Part shown: piece after piece, positions 36,142 through 45,196 of the stretch
How the letters are laid out: the number at the start of each line of letters is the position of its first letter
How positions within the stretch are numbered: position 1 is the stretch's first letter
Source: a virus
Length of the DNA stretch: 64,000 nt
Direction: 5' to 3' (one strand)
IMG/VR virus record: IMGVR_UViG_3300023708_001015
Position numbers and translations under genes: made by a program
Notes under the pieces: generated by a model
What the model was told of the DNA's origin: nothing
What the model saw: only the letters and a program-made list of their open reading frames with translations
The model's database searches: none

Positions 36142-36414
36142 TTAACCCTTAATGCCCAAAGCAACCTTTTCCAGATCCGTCAGTTTAGCCAGACCACTCT
36201 TACGAAGATTCTCCTGAGAATACTCGATTACATCTTGCATACTCTCGAAGATAACGAAATTTTTACGAATACGAGTCTTACCGAAGTAGTTCTTATTCTT
36301 GTGAGAACTAATGAACTGATTAGCCAGAACCTCAGTGTCAAAGTATCCCACATGAGTAGAGTCTCGATCGTAAGACTCATACACTTCAAAACAATCAATA
36401 TGAACTTGCTTCAT
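36142..36414 (-). CDS. Hypothetical protein
   Basis: Co-oriented ORF ending KLTDLEKVALG. Confidence 0.6.
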   Translation of the reverse strand: MKQVHIDCFEVYESYDRDSTHVGYFDTEVLANQFISSHKNKNYFGKTRIRKNFVIFESMQDVIEYSQENLRKSGLAKLTDLEKVALGIKG

Positions 36415-36619
36415 TTCTTCTCCAGTAATTCAATGAGTTTAGCAACCTTCTGGATTAGTTCGATATTAGCCTGTAACAGCATTAACTCGATCTGCTCTTT
36501 GGGTATAGTGACCTCAACATCTTCGTCGTTCATTTTAATACCACCAAGAAAAACATTAGATTAACACCAACGAATACGCCAAGAACAAAGCAATGAATAT
36601 AGTGAATCATAGTGAATCC

Positions 36620-36793
36620 TTAGACCATTTTATTGAAGAGAGCCTGAAATTCCTTAGAATTCAGTCGAGGAGATGCAGCTTTAAGAGCAGTAAGTATCTC
36701 CAAGGATTCCTTGCGTGCGCTACGACGGGCACGACGACGAGCCAGTTTAGCCTGATGAATATATTCGGCTTGGATCAGAGAGAAGGTTGACAT
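36620..36793 (-). CDS. Small Arg-rich protein (57 aa; absent from the ORF track)
   Basis: Manual translation MSTFSLIQAEYIHQAKLARRRARRSARKES...; AAGGA Shine-Dalgarno. Confidence 0.55.
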   Translation of the reverse strand: MSTFSLIQAEYIHQAKLARRRARRSARKESLEILTALKAASPRLNSKEFQALFNKMV

Positions 36794-36942
36794 AGTTAAT
36801 TCCTTAGTACAAAAGGGTTTTCACACAAAAAATTTCTCGGGCGCATTTTTTCGAGCAACTGAAACCAATACGCTTAGAAAAAGAGGGGAGGGGTTGTATC
36901 GGGTTTTAGGCAGAAGGGGAGGAGTCCCTTCAATACAGATTT

Positions 36943-37104
36943 TCATCCTCGCATCGTGATTTTATTCACACCAGCAGCCATAATCATCAATCCACCAATA
37001 GCCACCAAGACCAATCCTAGCAGCTGTTCGTCGCTACCATTGTCCATGCCACCAACTGCACCAAAAACCATCATAAATCCAACAATCGCACGAATCATCA
37101 TCAT
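36943..37104 (-). CDS. Small two-TM membrane protein
   Basis: IRAIVGFMMVFGAVGGMD...LLGLVLVAIGGL. Confidence 0.6.
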   Translation of the reverse strand: MMMIRAIVGFMMVFGAVGGMDNGSDEQLLGLVLVAIGGLMIMAAGVNKITMRG

Positions 37105-37239
37105 TCTCCAGTAATTACAGCAATTATACCACAAATAACAGCTTCACCAAGACCAAACGCAATAGCACACAAAGTATTCATGAATCCACTCTTTTCTTTG
37201 TCGTAGTCGTATTGCATCATTCTCTCCTAGTATGGCTCT

Positions 37240-37267
37240 ATTATACAGCAATTTACAATCTCGACAA
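37240..37267 (-). promoter_or_regulatory. Sigma70-like early promoter
   Basis: TTGTCG-16-TATAAT. Confidence 0.6.
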
Positions 37268-37301
37268 GCACTATATGGATAACCATACGTGCCTGAGGGG
37301 A

Positions 37302-38192
37302 TTATGCAGTAAGCATGTATGTAGCAAGGTCTTTCCAGTCTTTGTTACTAGCACGAACCTTAGTAACAGAGATAAGGGTACGGAGCGACACTTCCTTGCA
37401 GTCGTCCTTGATCTCACGAATCAGAGCCAGAGCATCAGTCTTGGTCTTAGCATCGTACTCAGGCAAGAACTCAGCAGAGAGAGCGATGTGCTCCATACGA
37501 TCGATCTTCTGATCCAGAGTCATAGACAGGTCGATCATCATCGAACGACTACGAATGGCTTGGTCGATACGAGACTGGTCCATATTAGAGATGAAGATAA
37601 CACGACCTTCGAAGTTGAAAGAACGAGGCAGATCGTCATCACGCATATCGGCATTCCAGCTAATAACACGTTTACCGTAAGAGTCCAAAGCACCTTTCAA
37701 CAGGTTCAGAGCCACTGGGTCTTTCAACACAGCATCACAGTCATCGAACACAATGATAGACTTGTTGTTCTCGAACAGAGTGCGGTAGAGACCTTTGGCA
37801 GTGCTATAGCCTTTAACCATCGTGAAACACTTGCGAGTATTGATGATTGAACCAACTTCAAACTCAGCCAGATCAGTGATGTCTTTGTAACCATTAGTCT
37901 CAAGAGTCTTAGTCACAGTGTAAGTCTTACCGAGACCGCCTTCACCAGTGATCACAGCGGATGGCTGAACACCAGTAGCAACCATCGTCACCAGTTTCTC
38001 AACGAAACCGAATCGTGTGTTAATGTCGAAACGATTAGACTTCTCAGTGGCCACGACGATGGCTTGTTCCATGTCACCAGCGAGGGCTTTTACTTTGCGC
38101 TCCACGTATGCCTTAGAATAAGACTTAATAGTCTTCGAACCCACTTTAGCCACGTAGTTACCACTCACTGCGTCAAAACTCACTGTAGTCAT
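37302..38192 (-). CDS. AAA-type P-loop ATPase
   Basis: GEGGLGKT (Walker A); IIVFDDCD (Walker B); FEGRVIFISN. Confidence 0.85.
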   Translation of the reverse strand: MTTVSFDAVSGNYVAKVGSKTIKSYSKAYVERKVKALAGDMEQAIVVATEKSNRFDINTRFGFVEKLVTMVATGVQPSAVITGEGGLGKTYTVTKTLETNGYKDITDLAEFEVGSIINTRKCFTMVKGYSTAKGLYRTLFENNKSIIVFDDCDAVLKDPVALNLLKGALDSYGKRVISWNADMRDDDLPRSFNFEGRVIFISNMDQSRIDQAIRSRSMMIDLSMTLDQKIDRMEHIALSAEFLPEYDAKTKTDALALIREIKDDCKEVSLRTLISVTKVRASNKDWKDLATYMLTA

Positions 38193-38197
38193 CTCAA

Positions 38198-38290
38198 ATC
38201 CTTTTCCTAATCAACTGTAGTAATTATTACCGATTGCAACATTAAAGGCAAGGTCTTTTTGAAAGACCCCACAATCTGTAAGGTTATCGA
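38198..38290 (-). promoter_or_regulatory. Terminator-promoter cassette
   Basis: TTGCCT-17-AATAAT (38251-38223); leader ACTACAGTTGATTAGGAAAAGGA identical to that of the 23.8 kb copy. Confidence 0.75.
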
Positions 38291-38418
38291 CTCGGAAAAT
38301 AGTAATCCATAAGTTTTACTTGAAGGCTCAAAGCGGATCGGGCGGTCTCAAAATCGGGGGCGTCCAGTGTGAGGTCGGCCAAAAACTCTAAAAGTTCTGA
38401 AAGTTCGATATAGTCCAT
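38284..38418 (-). CDS. Small hypothetical protein (44 aa; absent from the ORF track)
   Basis: Manual translation MDYIELSELLEFLADLTLDAPDFETARSALSLQVKLMDYYFPSR; GGAG Shine-Dalgarno; promoter TTGTCT-17-TATAAT at 38465-38437. Confidence 0.55.
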   Translation of the reverse strand: MDYIELSELLEFLADLTLDAPDFETARSALSLQVKLMDYYFPSR

Positions 38419-38469
38419 AATCACTCCAAAAGAGAGATTATACACCACTCGCAAGACTAAGACAACACC

Positions 38470-38670
38470 TTATTGATTATGGATACAGACACACTCGTAC
38501 TGGAATACTTCTTCCTCGAACTCATCGATGGACTCGTCGTCTCCTACAGCTTGGACCACTAGTCCATCACCGATCACCTCTAGTCGAGTAAGAGTAACAC
38601 CCATCGCTTCTGCGATCGAAACCACTACAGCTGGGTCTACCAGAGTAAGAGTACATTCAAAATTAGTCAT
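38470..38670 (-). CDS. Acidic hypothetical protein
   Basis: ORF downstream of TTGACT-17-TATACT (38731-38703). Confidence 0.55.
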   Translation of the reverse strand: MTNFECTLTLVDPAVVVSIAEAMGVTLTRLEVIGDGLVVQAVGDDESIDEFEEEVFQYECVCIHNQ

Positions 38671-38754
38671 CAGTCCAGTCCTTATCATCCACTCACACAG
38701 TGAGTATACCATAAAGTCAACTGTTAGTCAACTCTTTTTTGCAACTATAGTCCG

Positions 38755-39042
38755 CTATACTTCAGACCATAGATCACCATCTTGCACGAATTGGTTGACT
38801 TCTAAGTTATTCTGTGTACGTATAGGTGCGACTGGCTCAGGCTCTTCGTGGTTGTTGATACGCCATCGGGCTTCTTCGGCAGTGTCGGAATCACCAGTAA
38901 TGAACTCAGTTTGCTTCTGGCGAAACACTTCACGCATAGCATCAGTCCACACACGACCATTACCACAGCTGCGACTGCAATATTCCCCGCGCTTTTTATG
39001 CTTGACGCCACATTTCTTGCAGTCTTTTTCTTTATATGCCAT
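38755..39042 (-). CDS. Hypothetical Zn-finger-like protein
   Basis: CKKC...YCSRSCGN. Confidence 0.6.
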   Translation of the reverse strand: MAYKEKDCKKCGVKHKKRGEYCSRSCGNGRVWTDAMREVFRQKQTEFITGDSDTAEEARWRINNHEEPEPVAPIRTQNNLEVNQFVQDGDLWSEV

Positions 39043-39122
39043 ATACTTTTAGCTTATTAACACTGAATCACCCTATTTAGCCGTGCTCGTCCACCACATC
39101 CTAGACACTGCCTATATAAGCA

Positions 39123-39566
39123 TCAATGCAGCTGGGCTGTGTCTCTCTCGTATTCCTCACTCCATTCTTCTTGATATAACTCCCAGCAATGGCTAATGAT
39201 ATCATCGTAGACTCCATAGTAATAATCTCTCTCGGTCATCATTGACTCTGGGTCTAATAGAATCAAGAATCGAACGGCACTGGATACTGCAATTCTTTCG
39301 TACTGAAGAATCTCTGTCTTAGCATATAGAGCATCGTACACGTCCTTACGCATTGGATTGTTCTTATAGTACTCTGCCTTCTCTATATCGAATTGCTTGG
39401 TTGATTCTTCTAGGTAAGCTGAATATTCTGCTCGAGTCATACTTACTCTTAGTTCTTGTTGTTCGATTAGTTCTCTTGGAGCATTGGTTTGCTTCATCTG
39501 GATTAGAATTTTTTCTTGTTTTTCTTTCCAGTTCTTCTCTCGAGTGATTGTGTCTTCCAGTATCAT
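39123..39566 (-). CDS. Hypothetical protein
   Basis: Co-oriented ORF. Confidence 0.55.
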   Translation of the reverse strand: MILEDTITREKNWKEKQEKILIQMKQTNAPRELIEQQELRVSMTRAEYSAYLEESTKQFDIEKAEYYKNNPMRKDVYDALYAKTEILQYERIAVSSAVRFLILLDPESMMTERDYYYGVYDDIISHCWELYQEEWSEEYERDTAQLH

Positions 39567-39577
39567 TTCATTTTCTT

Positions 39578-39814
39578 TTAAATAGCAGCATTCAACGCCA
39601 TTGCCACACTCTCTGCATACTCTAGCTTCTCGGCATCGCTAGAGAAGTCTCCATCGATATACATCCTTGCATCATAGGTAAAGTTATCATCCTCTACCCA
39701 TGTGCGACCATTGGTATCTTGCTGAGCACTGAATTGCTTATAGTCCGACCAGCCTTGTTTCTCTCTGTACTCTCGTTTCTTCTCGGAGTTTGGATCACGT
39801 AGGTTCATTGTCAT
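39578..39814 (-). CDS. Hypothetical protein
   Basis: DARMYIDGDF motif; co-oriented. Confidence 0.55.
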   Translation of the reverse strand: MTMNLRDPNSEKKREYREKQGWSDYKQFSAQQDTNGRTWVEDDNFTYDARMYIDGDFSSDAEKLEYAESVAMALNAAI

Positions 39815-40055
39815 CTTGTTTCTTCCTCTCTACTCTCTCTGTTAGTAGTCGTTTCTTAGTCTTCCCATCGGTGCATCTCCAACAGCCACATACCCAGAGC
39901 TTCTTCCTTGTATTCTTTATACCTTTGTCTCTGTTCTTTCTGTCACTCATTGCATCTCCATTGAGAGAACGGTCTACCTTCTCTAATTGCTTCTGCCATA
40001 TACGCAGAGTATTGTCTACGGTACTGGGTGAACCAATATGGATGAGGATAGTCAA
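39795..40055 (-). CDS. Hypothetical basic protein
   Basis: CGCWRC; true start probably at the internal MSDRK. Confidence 0.45.
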   Translation of the reverse strand: MTILIHIGSPSTVDNTLRIWQKQLEKVDRSLNGDAMSDRKNRDKGIKNTRKKLWVCGCWRCTDGKTKKRLLTERVERKKQDDNEPT

Positions 40056-40252
40056 TCATTGGATTCTCTCTGTATCTGCTCTAATTGGATTAGTTTGCTC
40101 TCCCAGCGATCCATCATAGTTCTAAACTCGATTCGATTCTTCTCTAACATAAACATATCACCAGAGAATACAGCTGCATCGATCTCGTCAATAGCGGTAT
40201 CGGACAGACGATTATAAGCATTTACATAACGCCATTCATCTAGTTTATCCAT
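40052..40252 (-). CDS. Hypothetical protein
   Basis: EIDAAVFSGD motif; overlap-coupled. Confidence 0.55.
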   Translation of the reverse strand: MDKLDEWRYVNAYNRLSDTAIDEIDAAVFSGDMFMLEKNRIEFRTMMDRWESKLIQLEQIQRESND

Positions 40253-40445
40253 TGTTATTCCTCATTTTCTTTAGTTCAGCCACTGATTCTATTGGCGCTT
40301 TCCCATGATAGAAGTTAGCTCTTAGACGAGTCCATTCCTCTTGGGTGGGATTCGGTATCTTGTCCCATCCACATACTACGCAGACCCACTCTGACCAGAG
40401 ACTAGACTCAAGAGCTGGATTATCTCTTAGGTAATCATCGGTCAT
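40245..40445 (-). CDS. Hypothetical protein
   Basis: ATGA-coupled ORF. Confidence 0.5.
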   Translation of the reverse strand: MTDDYLRDNPALESSLWSEWVCVVCGWDKIPNPTQEEWTRLRANFYHGKAPIESVAELKKMRNNNG

Positions 40446-40738
40446 ACGTTGTTTGCTCCTATTCGTGCATAGCCACTGGTTGGTTTATTACTCTCTGGAT
40501 GGGTTGGCCAGCTTCTTGGATCTACCATTTCTCCAGTTAATTCATAGCGAAAGTCTGGATCATACACCATATGACCACATGTCTTATAAGAGATACGTTC
40601 TGGATTATAGACGAATATCACTCCACGTTGCATACAGAAGGAGAATCCTTTCCTCCAGACTGGTCCATTGATAGTGCCGATGTATTGGACTACGTTTCCC
40701 TTATGCATCTCTAGTATGGCTTGGTGGTAGTCGATCAT
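40442..40738 (-). CDS. Hypothetical protein
   Basis: ATGA-coupled ORF. Confidence 0.55.
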   Translation of the reverse strand: MIDYHQAILEMHKGNVVQYIGTINGPVWRKGFSFCMQRGVIFVYNPERISYKTCGHMVYDPDFRYELTGEMVDPRSWPTHPESNKPTSGYARIGANNV

Positions 40739-40862
40739 CGCTTTCTCCCATAGATCCTATCCAGTTCTTTCTCGTATCGTTCATCTGATGCCTTATTAGC
40801 CAATACGAACCAGACGGCTATGGCGCAGAGAGGGATTATTAGTATTGCAAAGAGTAAGTATA

Positions 40863-41024
40863 TCATTTGAACGACTTGATCCACTCTATTAGAACGATAT
40901 TGGCTTCTGCTCGAGTCAGATCGAATTGGGCTTCGAGATATGGACCAGCACCCCACATATTAGTTACTCCACTGTCTCTTAGAGCAATTAGGTATTCTTT
41001 GTGTTCTTCAGTTAGTTTCATCAT
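40863..41024 (-). CDS. Small hypothetical protein (53 aa; absent from the ORF track)
   Basis: Manual translation MMKLTEEHKEYLIALRDSGVTNMWGAGPYL...; ATGA-coupled to the paralog array. Confidence 0.65.
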   Translation of the reverse strand: MMKLTEEHKEYLIALRDSGVTNMWGAGPYLEAQFDLTRAEANIVLIEWIKSFK

Positions 41025-41227
41025 TCAACTCCGAAGTGTTCTTGAATATTATCTACAATCTGTTGATATGGTTCTGGCCGCAACAGTTTCTTACTGCCGT
41101 GGGTGGTATCAATCACATCAATACATTCTTTGATAACTAGGGCCGCATAGAGTTCTTTGCTAAAAATCAACTCGCCATTGTGTTCTACAAGACTTTTTAC
41201 AGCCAGACTTTCTAATAGTTTAGTCAT
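41021..41227 (-). CDS. HFGVE paralog family member A (divergent)
   Basis: YAALVIKECI...IQEHFGVE. Confidence 0.75.
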   Translation of the reverse strand: MTKLLESLAVKSLVEHNGELIFSKELYAALVIKECIDVIDTTHGSKKLLRPEPYQQIVDNIQEHFGVE

Positions 41228-41492
41228 TCTTTACTCCTAGTAATTCTTTGATTAGGGTCTTTTTATCTTCCGTGGTCATCCCAAATTCAAATCGTTCTCG
41301 TATATCACTAACACAATGTAGCCTGCCAGTATTGTAATCGCTGTTACCTACACGGCTTTTACAAACTTCAATACAATCGTCCACAATTCGTTCAGCCAAT
41401 GCTTCAATCAATGCCCACTGCTTGGTATTGTTTAGATATTCAACACTGATGCCAACTTCCGTTGCTAACTGTTTAATTCGTTCGTTCATCAT
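41220..41492 (-). CDS. HFGVE paralog family member B
   Basis: MNERIKQLA...LAERIVDDCI...IKELLGVK. Confidence 0.75.
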   Translation of the reverse strand: MMNERIKQLATEVGISVEYLNNTKQWALIEALAERIVDDCIEVCKSRVGNSDYNTGRLHCVSDIRERFEFGMTTEDKKTLIKELLGVKND

Positions 41493-41722
41493 TCAACTCC
41501 AAAGTGCTGTTTAATCTCATTCATACAATGAATGCCACCTTGTTCAAAAGTATCAACTGATTTAGGAACAGGATCACTAATAACTTGTTCACAACATCCG
41601 ATACATTCTCTCACAATCAACTCGGCGAACTCGACCAAATTCTTTTCTTCGCACCAATACATTGATTCTCTGCCATCATAGATGTTTGCCTGTAACAAGA
41701 GTTTTTTAATTCGTTCGTTCAT
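41489..41722 (-). CDS. HFGVE paralog family member C
   Basis: MNERIKKL...EFAELIVRECI...IKQHFGVE. Confidence 0.8.
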   Translation of the reverse strand: MNERIKKLLLQANIYDGRESMYWCEEKNLVEFAELIVRECIGCCEQVISDPVPKSVDTFEQGGIHCMNEIKQHFGVE

Positions 41723-41934
41723 TCTTCAACTCCGAAATGTTGTTTAATCCTGTCCTTGATAACTTGAGAAACATTGCCATTGATACCATCTTCACGAGTA
41801 TACCAAACCTGCTCCATACATTCCCTGACCATCAACTCGGCGAACTTTTTGTAATCAAATTCTTCGCTGGCGTGGTCAACATAAAACTTACGGGCCACGC
41901 ATTGTTCAGCAAGTTGTTGAATTCGTTTGTTCAT
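41719..41934 (-). CDS. HFGVE paralog family member D
   Basis: MNKRIQQLA...KFAELMVRECM...IKQHFGVEE. Confidence 0.8.
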   Translation of the reverse strand: MNKRIQQLAEQCVARKFYVDHASEEFDYKKFAELMVRECMEQVWYTREDGINGNVSQVIKDRIKQHFGVEE

Positions 41935-42215
41935 TCTTCAACTCCAAAGTGTTCTTTGATCGACTGAGCACAATCTCTTGGACCGCTGGACGAATCAGGT
42001 TCATTATCCCATCTCCAAGTATGGTGTCGATCTAGGCAAATACCGACACATTCCTTAATAAGTAACTCTGCGAACTTTTCTGGATCAAATGAACTGAATT
42101 CAAAATTACCATCACCGACATTCTTCTGATAAGCAGGAAAGTAGGTCAATTTCCCATCATACATACGAACAAGTCCACCAGATTGGTTGTAAAGTTCTTT
42201 GATTCGTGCGTTCAT
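41931..42215 (-). CDS. HFGVE paralog family member E
   Basis: MNARIKELY...KFAELLIKECV...IKEHFGVEE. Confidence 0.8.
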   Translation of the reverse strand: MNARIKELYNQSGGLVRMYDGKLTYFPAYQKNVGDGNFEFSSFDPEKFAELLIKECVGICLDRHHTWRWDNEPDSSSGPRDCAQSIKEHFGVEE

Positions 42216-42415
42216 TCTTTAACCCCGAAATGTTCTTTATACAAGTTGTGCAAGTTTTTACAAGTATTATGGCCCAATAATGTTGAGTTGATTTCCATAC
42301 ATTCCCAAACAATCAACTCGGCAAACTTTTCCAGCATCTTGCTCTGCGAATCATTCAAGAGTTCTACATCAATAATGCCAGTTTGCCCAGCAAGTTCTTT
42401 AATTCGTTCACTCAT
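42212..42415 (-). CDS. HFGVE paralog family member F
   Basis: MSERIKELA...KFAELIVWECM...YKEHFGVKE. Confidence 0.8.
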   Translation of the reverse strand: MSERIKELAGQTGIIDVELLNDSQSKMLEKFAELIVWECMEINSTLLGHNTCKNLHNLYKEHFGVKE

Positions 42416-42720
42416 TTTTCAACTCCAAAATGATTCGCAATAGCAGAACCACAATTCATAGCTCCACCCCAAACACCATTATACAACTGCTTACCGTCTT
42501 GAGTTAGGAAAGAACTGCTCTTTAGCTTATGTGCATCCTCAGCAACTTGACCACAGCAACCCATACACTCTTTGACAATCAACTCGGCGAACTTTTTGTT
42601 AAACCCTGCCAAGTCTTTCATAATGATATTAGTATTTTCCGATCTCTTATATCTTGGATTACGCTCCACGCTATCAGCAATAAATGCCTGCATAGCAAGT
42701 TCTTGAATTCGTTTGTTCAT
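42412..42720 (-). CDS. HFGVE paralog family member G
   Basis: MNKRIQELA...KFAELIVKECM...IANHFGVEK. Confidence 0.8.
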   Translation of the reverse strand: MNKRIQELAMQAFIADSVERNPRYKRSENTNIIMKDLAGFNKKFAELIVKECMGCCGQVAEDAHKLKSSSFLTQDGKQLYNGVWGGAMNCGSAIANHFGVEK

Positions 42721-42905
42721 ACTGGCTCCACTTGGATGTTACCCTTGACTACCTTTAATAGTGTAGCATACAACGGGTGAAACTTTTTCTTTCCCTCGAC
42801 TGCAGCTTCAACTGTGCGGAATGGACCAGCGTGGATGCCTTCTGCATTGGCGAGATAATATACTTGGTAGTTTGTCATGCTTTCTTCCTTAGTGCTTTCA
42901 TCCAT
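42717..42905 (-). CDS. Hypothetical protein
   Basis: ATGA-coupled to family member G. Confidence 0.5.
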   Translation of the reverse strand: MDESTKEESMTNYQVYYLANAEGIHAGPFRTVEAAVEGKKKFHPLYATLLKVVKGNIQVEPV

Positions 42906-43041
42906 CGAATCTCTGCGTTCAGGATCTGTATTGCTTCCTTCTGTCGTTGCTTGGTTCCTTCATAGGCTGGACCGAAGTCGATAGTTGGATCTGGCACTAG
43001 CTCTTGTAGCAGTTCTTTAATCTTTAGTGCATTCTCTAGAG

Positions 43042-43269
43042 TCATAGCTTCTTCAGTGATGGATAGTCGTTCTCTAGTTCTTGCAGGCGACTCTTTAGAT
43101 TGAGATATTCTTTTGATGCTTCGTTCTCTGCTTTCACTCGATCTTGGCGACGTTCTGCCTTAACCTTTAGAGTTGCCAGTTGTTCACTATCTGGTAGAGA
43201 TAGTACGACTAGATCGAGTGCAATCTCCACCTGCTTTAGACGGATGAATAATTCAGTTATTTGGTCCAT
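43042..43269 (-). CDS. Hypothetical coiled-coil protein
   Basis: Co-oriented ORF. Confidence 0.55.
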   Translation of the reverse strand: MDQITELFIRLKQVEIALDLVVLSLPDSEQLATLKVKAERRQDRVKAENEASKEYLNLKSRLQELENDYPSLKKL

Positions 43270-43477
43270 TTTTCTTCCTTAATAGAGAATATCGATATTC
43301 TCCCAGTTCCACGCATCGTTTTCTTAGTTGATATGCCAGTTGTCTCTCTTCGGGAGTCCAGTTCTTTTCAACTGTATTATGTAGAGAGACGAATGCCTGC
43401 TGGATCTGGCTTAGTTCTTCAGTTGTCTCTTCCCACGTCATCGTCGGTTCATCCATGCTAGTATGTTTGCAGGTCAT
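43253..43477 (-). CDS. Hypothetical protein
   Basis: ATGA-coupled to family member H. Confidence 0.55.
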   Translation of the reverse strand: MTCKHTSMDEPTMTWEETTEELSQIQQAFVSLHNTVEKNWTPEERQLAYQLRKRCVELGEYRYSLLRKKNGPNN

Positions 43478-43713
43478 TGGTCCACTCCAAAGTGTTGTTT
43501 AATCAATTCAACTGCACGACCACGAGAGACCATATCACGTAGCATAGGATTCAATGCCACACTACACTCTTGGATGATCAACTCGACGAACTTTTCAGGA
43601 TTGAACTTATTAGGTTGCTCCCATAAAATGTCTTTAGTTAGCGTTCCTGTTCCTCTAGTCGGAGGTTGTGGTTCATGCGCCTGTTGGTAAAGTTGTTGAA
43701 TTCGTTCGTTCAT
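43474..43713 (-). CDS. HFGVE paralog family member H
   Basis: MNERIQQLY...KFVELIIQECS...IKQHFGVDQ. Confidence 0.8.
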   Translation of the reverse strand: MNERIQQLYQQAHEPQPPTRGTGTLTKDILWEQPNKFNPEKFVELIIQECSVALNPMLRDMVSRGRAVELIKQHFGVDQ

Positions 43714-43825
43714 TTTGAAATCCTATATCCAACGCACCACAGATCGATTCGAGCGAACCAGTTACCCCGATTCTTACCGAAGCCGATACGTAGCATTCGA
43801 TCGTCCTTGTCCAGTAAAATTTTAG

Positions 43826-44017
43826 TTAGCATTCGTATTTCCTTACAATCTCATCAGCGCAGTGGTGTCCATCTAGACCAGCATCACCTGCATTTTCACA
43901 GATGATTAGAACGTCCGAGATAAGCAACTTGGCGAACTTCTTAGAATCGAACCATGGTGGACCATACGGTTTAGCTTCCCAGCACTGTGACTCAAGTTCT
44001 CGAAGTCGAGCATTCAT
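43826..44017 (-). CDS. HFGVE paralog family member I (divergent C-terminus)
   Basis: MNARLREL...KKFAKLLISDV. Confidence 0.7.
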   Translation of the reverse strand: MNARLRELESQCWEAKPYGPPWFDSKKFAKLLISDVLIICENAGDAGLDGHHCADEIVRKYEC

Positions 44018-44189
44018 TCTTCACCACCATGATAAATGTGTTCAGTGACTTCCCATTCCATACGATCAGAATAATGGACTCGTTCCTTCTCGATAAACTT
44101 ACCAGCTTTCTCGAGGGTTTCAAATAGGCCACAGTCGATTCGTTCAGAAGGACAATGTGGATCAATCATATCTACAGCGTATGCTACTT

Positions 44190-44396
44190 TCATTGTGTTA
44201 CTCCATTCATTGGTCGTGGACCAGTTTCCTCACCGATAATGACTGTACTTGATTGTTTGGCAGCAGCTTCCAGTTGAGCCAGAAAGTTTCGATTAGTCCG
44301 TTCTTCGTCCTTCATGGCACACTCAAAGCAGATGTATGCTCCATTATGTCCATATGGTCGGCAGTCTTCGTCTTGTTTACATTCAGTGCAAATCAT
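44190..44396 (-). CDS. Small Zn-finger-like hypothetical protein
   Basis: CTEC...CRPYG...ICFEC. Confidence 0.6.
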   Translation of the reverse strand: MICTECKQDEDCRPYGHNGAYICFECAMKDEERTNRNFLAQLEAAAKQSSTVIIGEETGPRPMNGVTQ

Positions 44397-44587
44397 CGTG
44401 GGTCCAGTGGCATCAGTGTACCGTTTTGCGTTATAAAATACTTACCAGACTTGCGGATCTCTTCCTGTCTGATATCAAACTTTGCTCGTTGGTAGCCTTC
44501 AGTGTAACCAGTGCAGTACATCCATCGTGTAACAGCCACTGATGCAATGAAGAGTAGTAGTACGTCTTGCCAAATCATTAGTAACAC
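44393..44587 (-). CDS. Small membrane-anchored hypothetical protein
   Basis: N-terminal TM segment; GYTEGYQRA. Confidence 0.5.
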   Translation of the reverse strand: MLLMIWQDVLLLFIASVAVTRWMYCTGYTEGYQRAKFDIRQEEIRKSGKYFITQNGTLMPLDPR

Positions 44588-44735
44588 TCCTCGACTGTGA
44601 CTGTGTGACCAAGATGTTCCAGTAGCTTCTTGATGCCTTCTGTTCCCATATCTTCGTCGTTATGATCCCAACGGAAACGCTTCCCATCTACTTCAACAGA
44701 CCAGCCATCGCAGTATTGTTCAATTGTAATATCTT

Positions 44736-44921
44736 TCATTCGTCAACTCCGAAATGTTCTTTGATAATGTTAGCCCAGAAGCCAGTGTCAGAATCATCCC
44801 TTGAATTTACAGCACTGGCACATTCTCGAACAATCAACTCGGCGAACTTTTTTGCAAATTCTGGATGATAGTCATAATTTTCAGATGCCTGTAGAGCAAG
44901 TTGTTCAATTCGTTCGTTCAT
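44736..44921 (-). CDS. HFGVE paralog family member J
   Basis: MNERIEQLA...KFAELIVRECA...IKEHFGVDE. Confidence 0.8.
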   Translation of the reverse strand: MNERIEQLALQASENYDYHPEFAKKFAELIVRECASAVNSRDDSDTGFWANIIKEHFGVDE

Positions 44922-45196
44922 TCTCTATACTCCGTAACGTAAGGTACAGTGACCCATTCCATCAGATGACCATCCCAGTATTGTAGATTAGTGGACGACT
45001 TGTTCTCCAGTCGTCGCTTGGCGTCCATGAGCGACAGATCATTGGCTCTGGCATATTCCTTCACCGTCTCAGCTGTGACTCTATTTTGGATAGTGAAATA
45101 TCGTAGTTTAACCATGGCGATAGATCTCATTAATTGTCTTGTTGGCAACCACTTCCACGTCAGCGAGGATACGCTTGAGTTCGTCAATGTTGACAT
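44918..45196 (-). CDS. Hypothetical protein
   Basis: ATGA-coupled; true start probably MVKLRYF. Confidence 0.5.
   Translation of the reverse strand: MSTLTNSSVSSLTWKWLPTRQLMRSIAMVKLRYFTIQNRVTAETVKEYARANDLSLMDAKRRLENKSSTNLQYWDGHLMEWVTVPYVTEYRE

Noticed and set aside
38284-38430. GC-richer intergenic stretch that looked like a structured ncRNA or origin
   Set aside because: It translates cleanly as a 44-aa minus-strand ORF with a GGAG Shine-Dalgarno and its own promoter
41021-42720. Regularly spaced DNA repeats resembling a CRISPR array or integron cassette array
   Set aside because: The repeats are degenerate and coding, spaced about 200-310 bp apart, with no attC-like palindromes, cas operon or integrase; the PD-(D/E)XK nuclease at 28 kb is a stand-alone phage exonuclease
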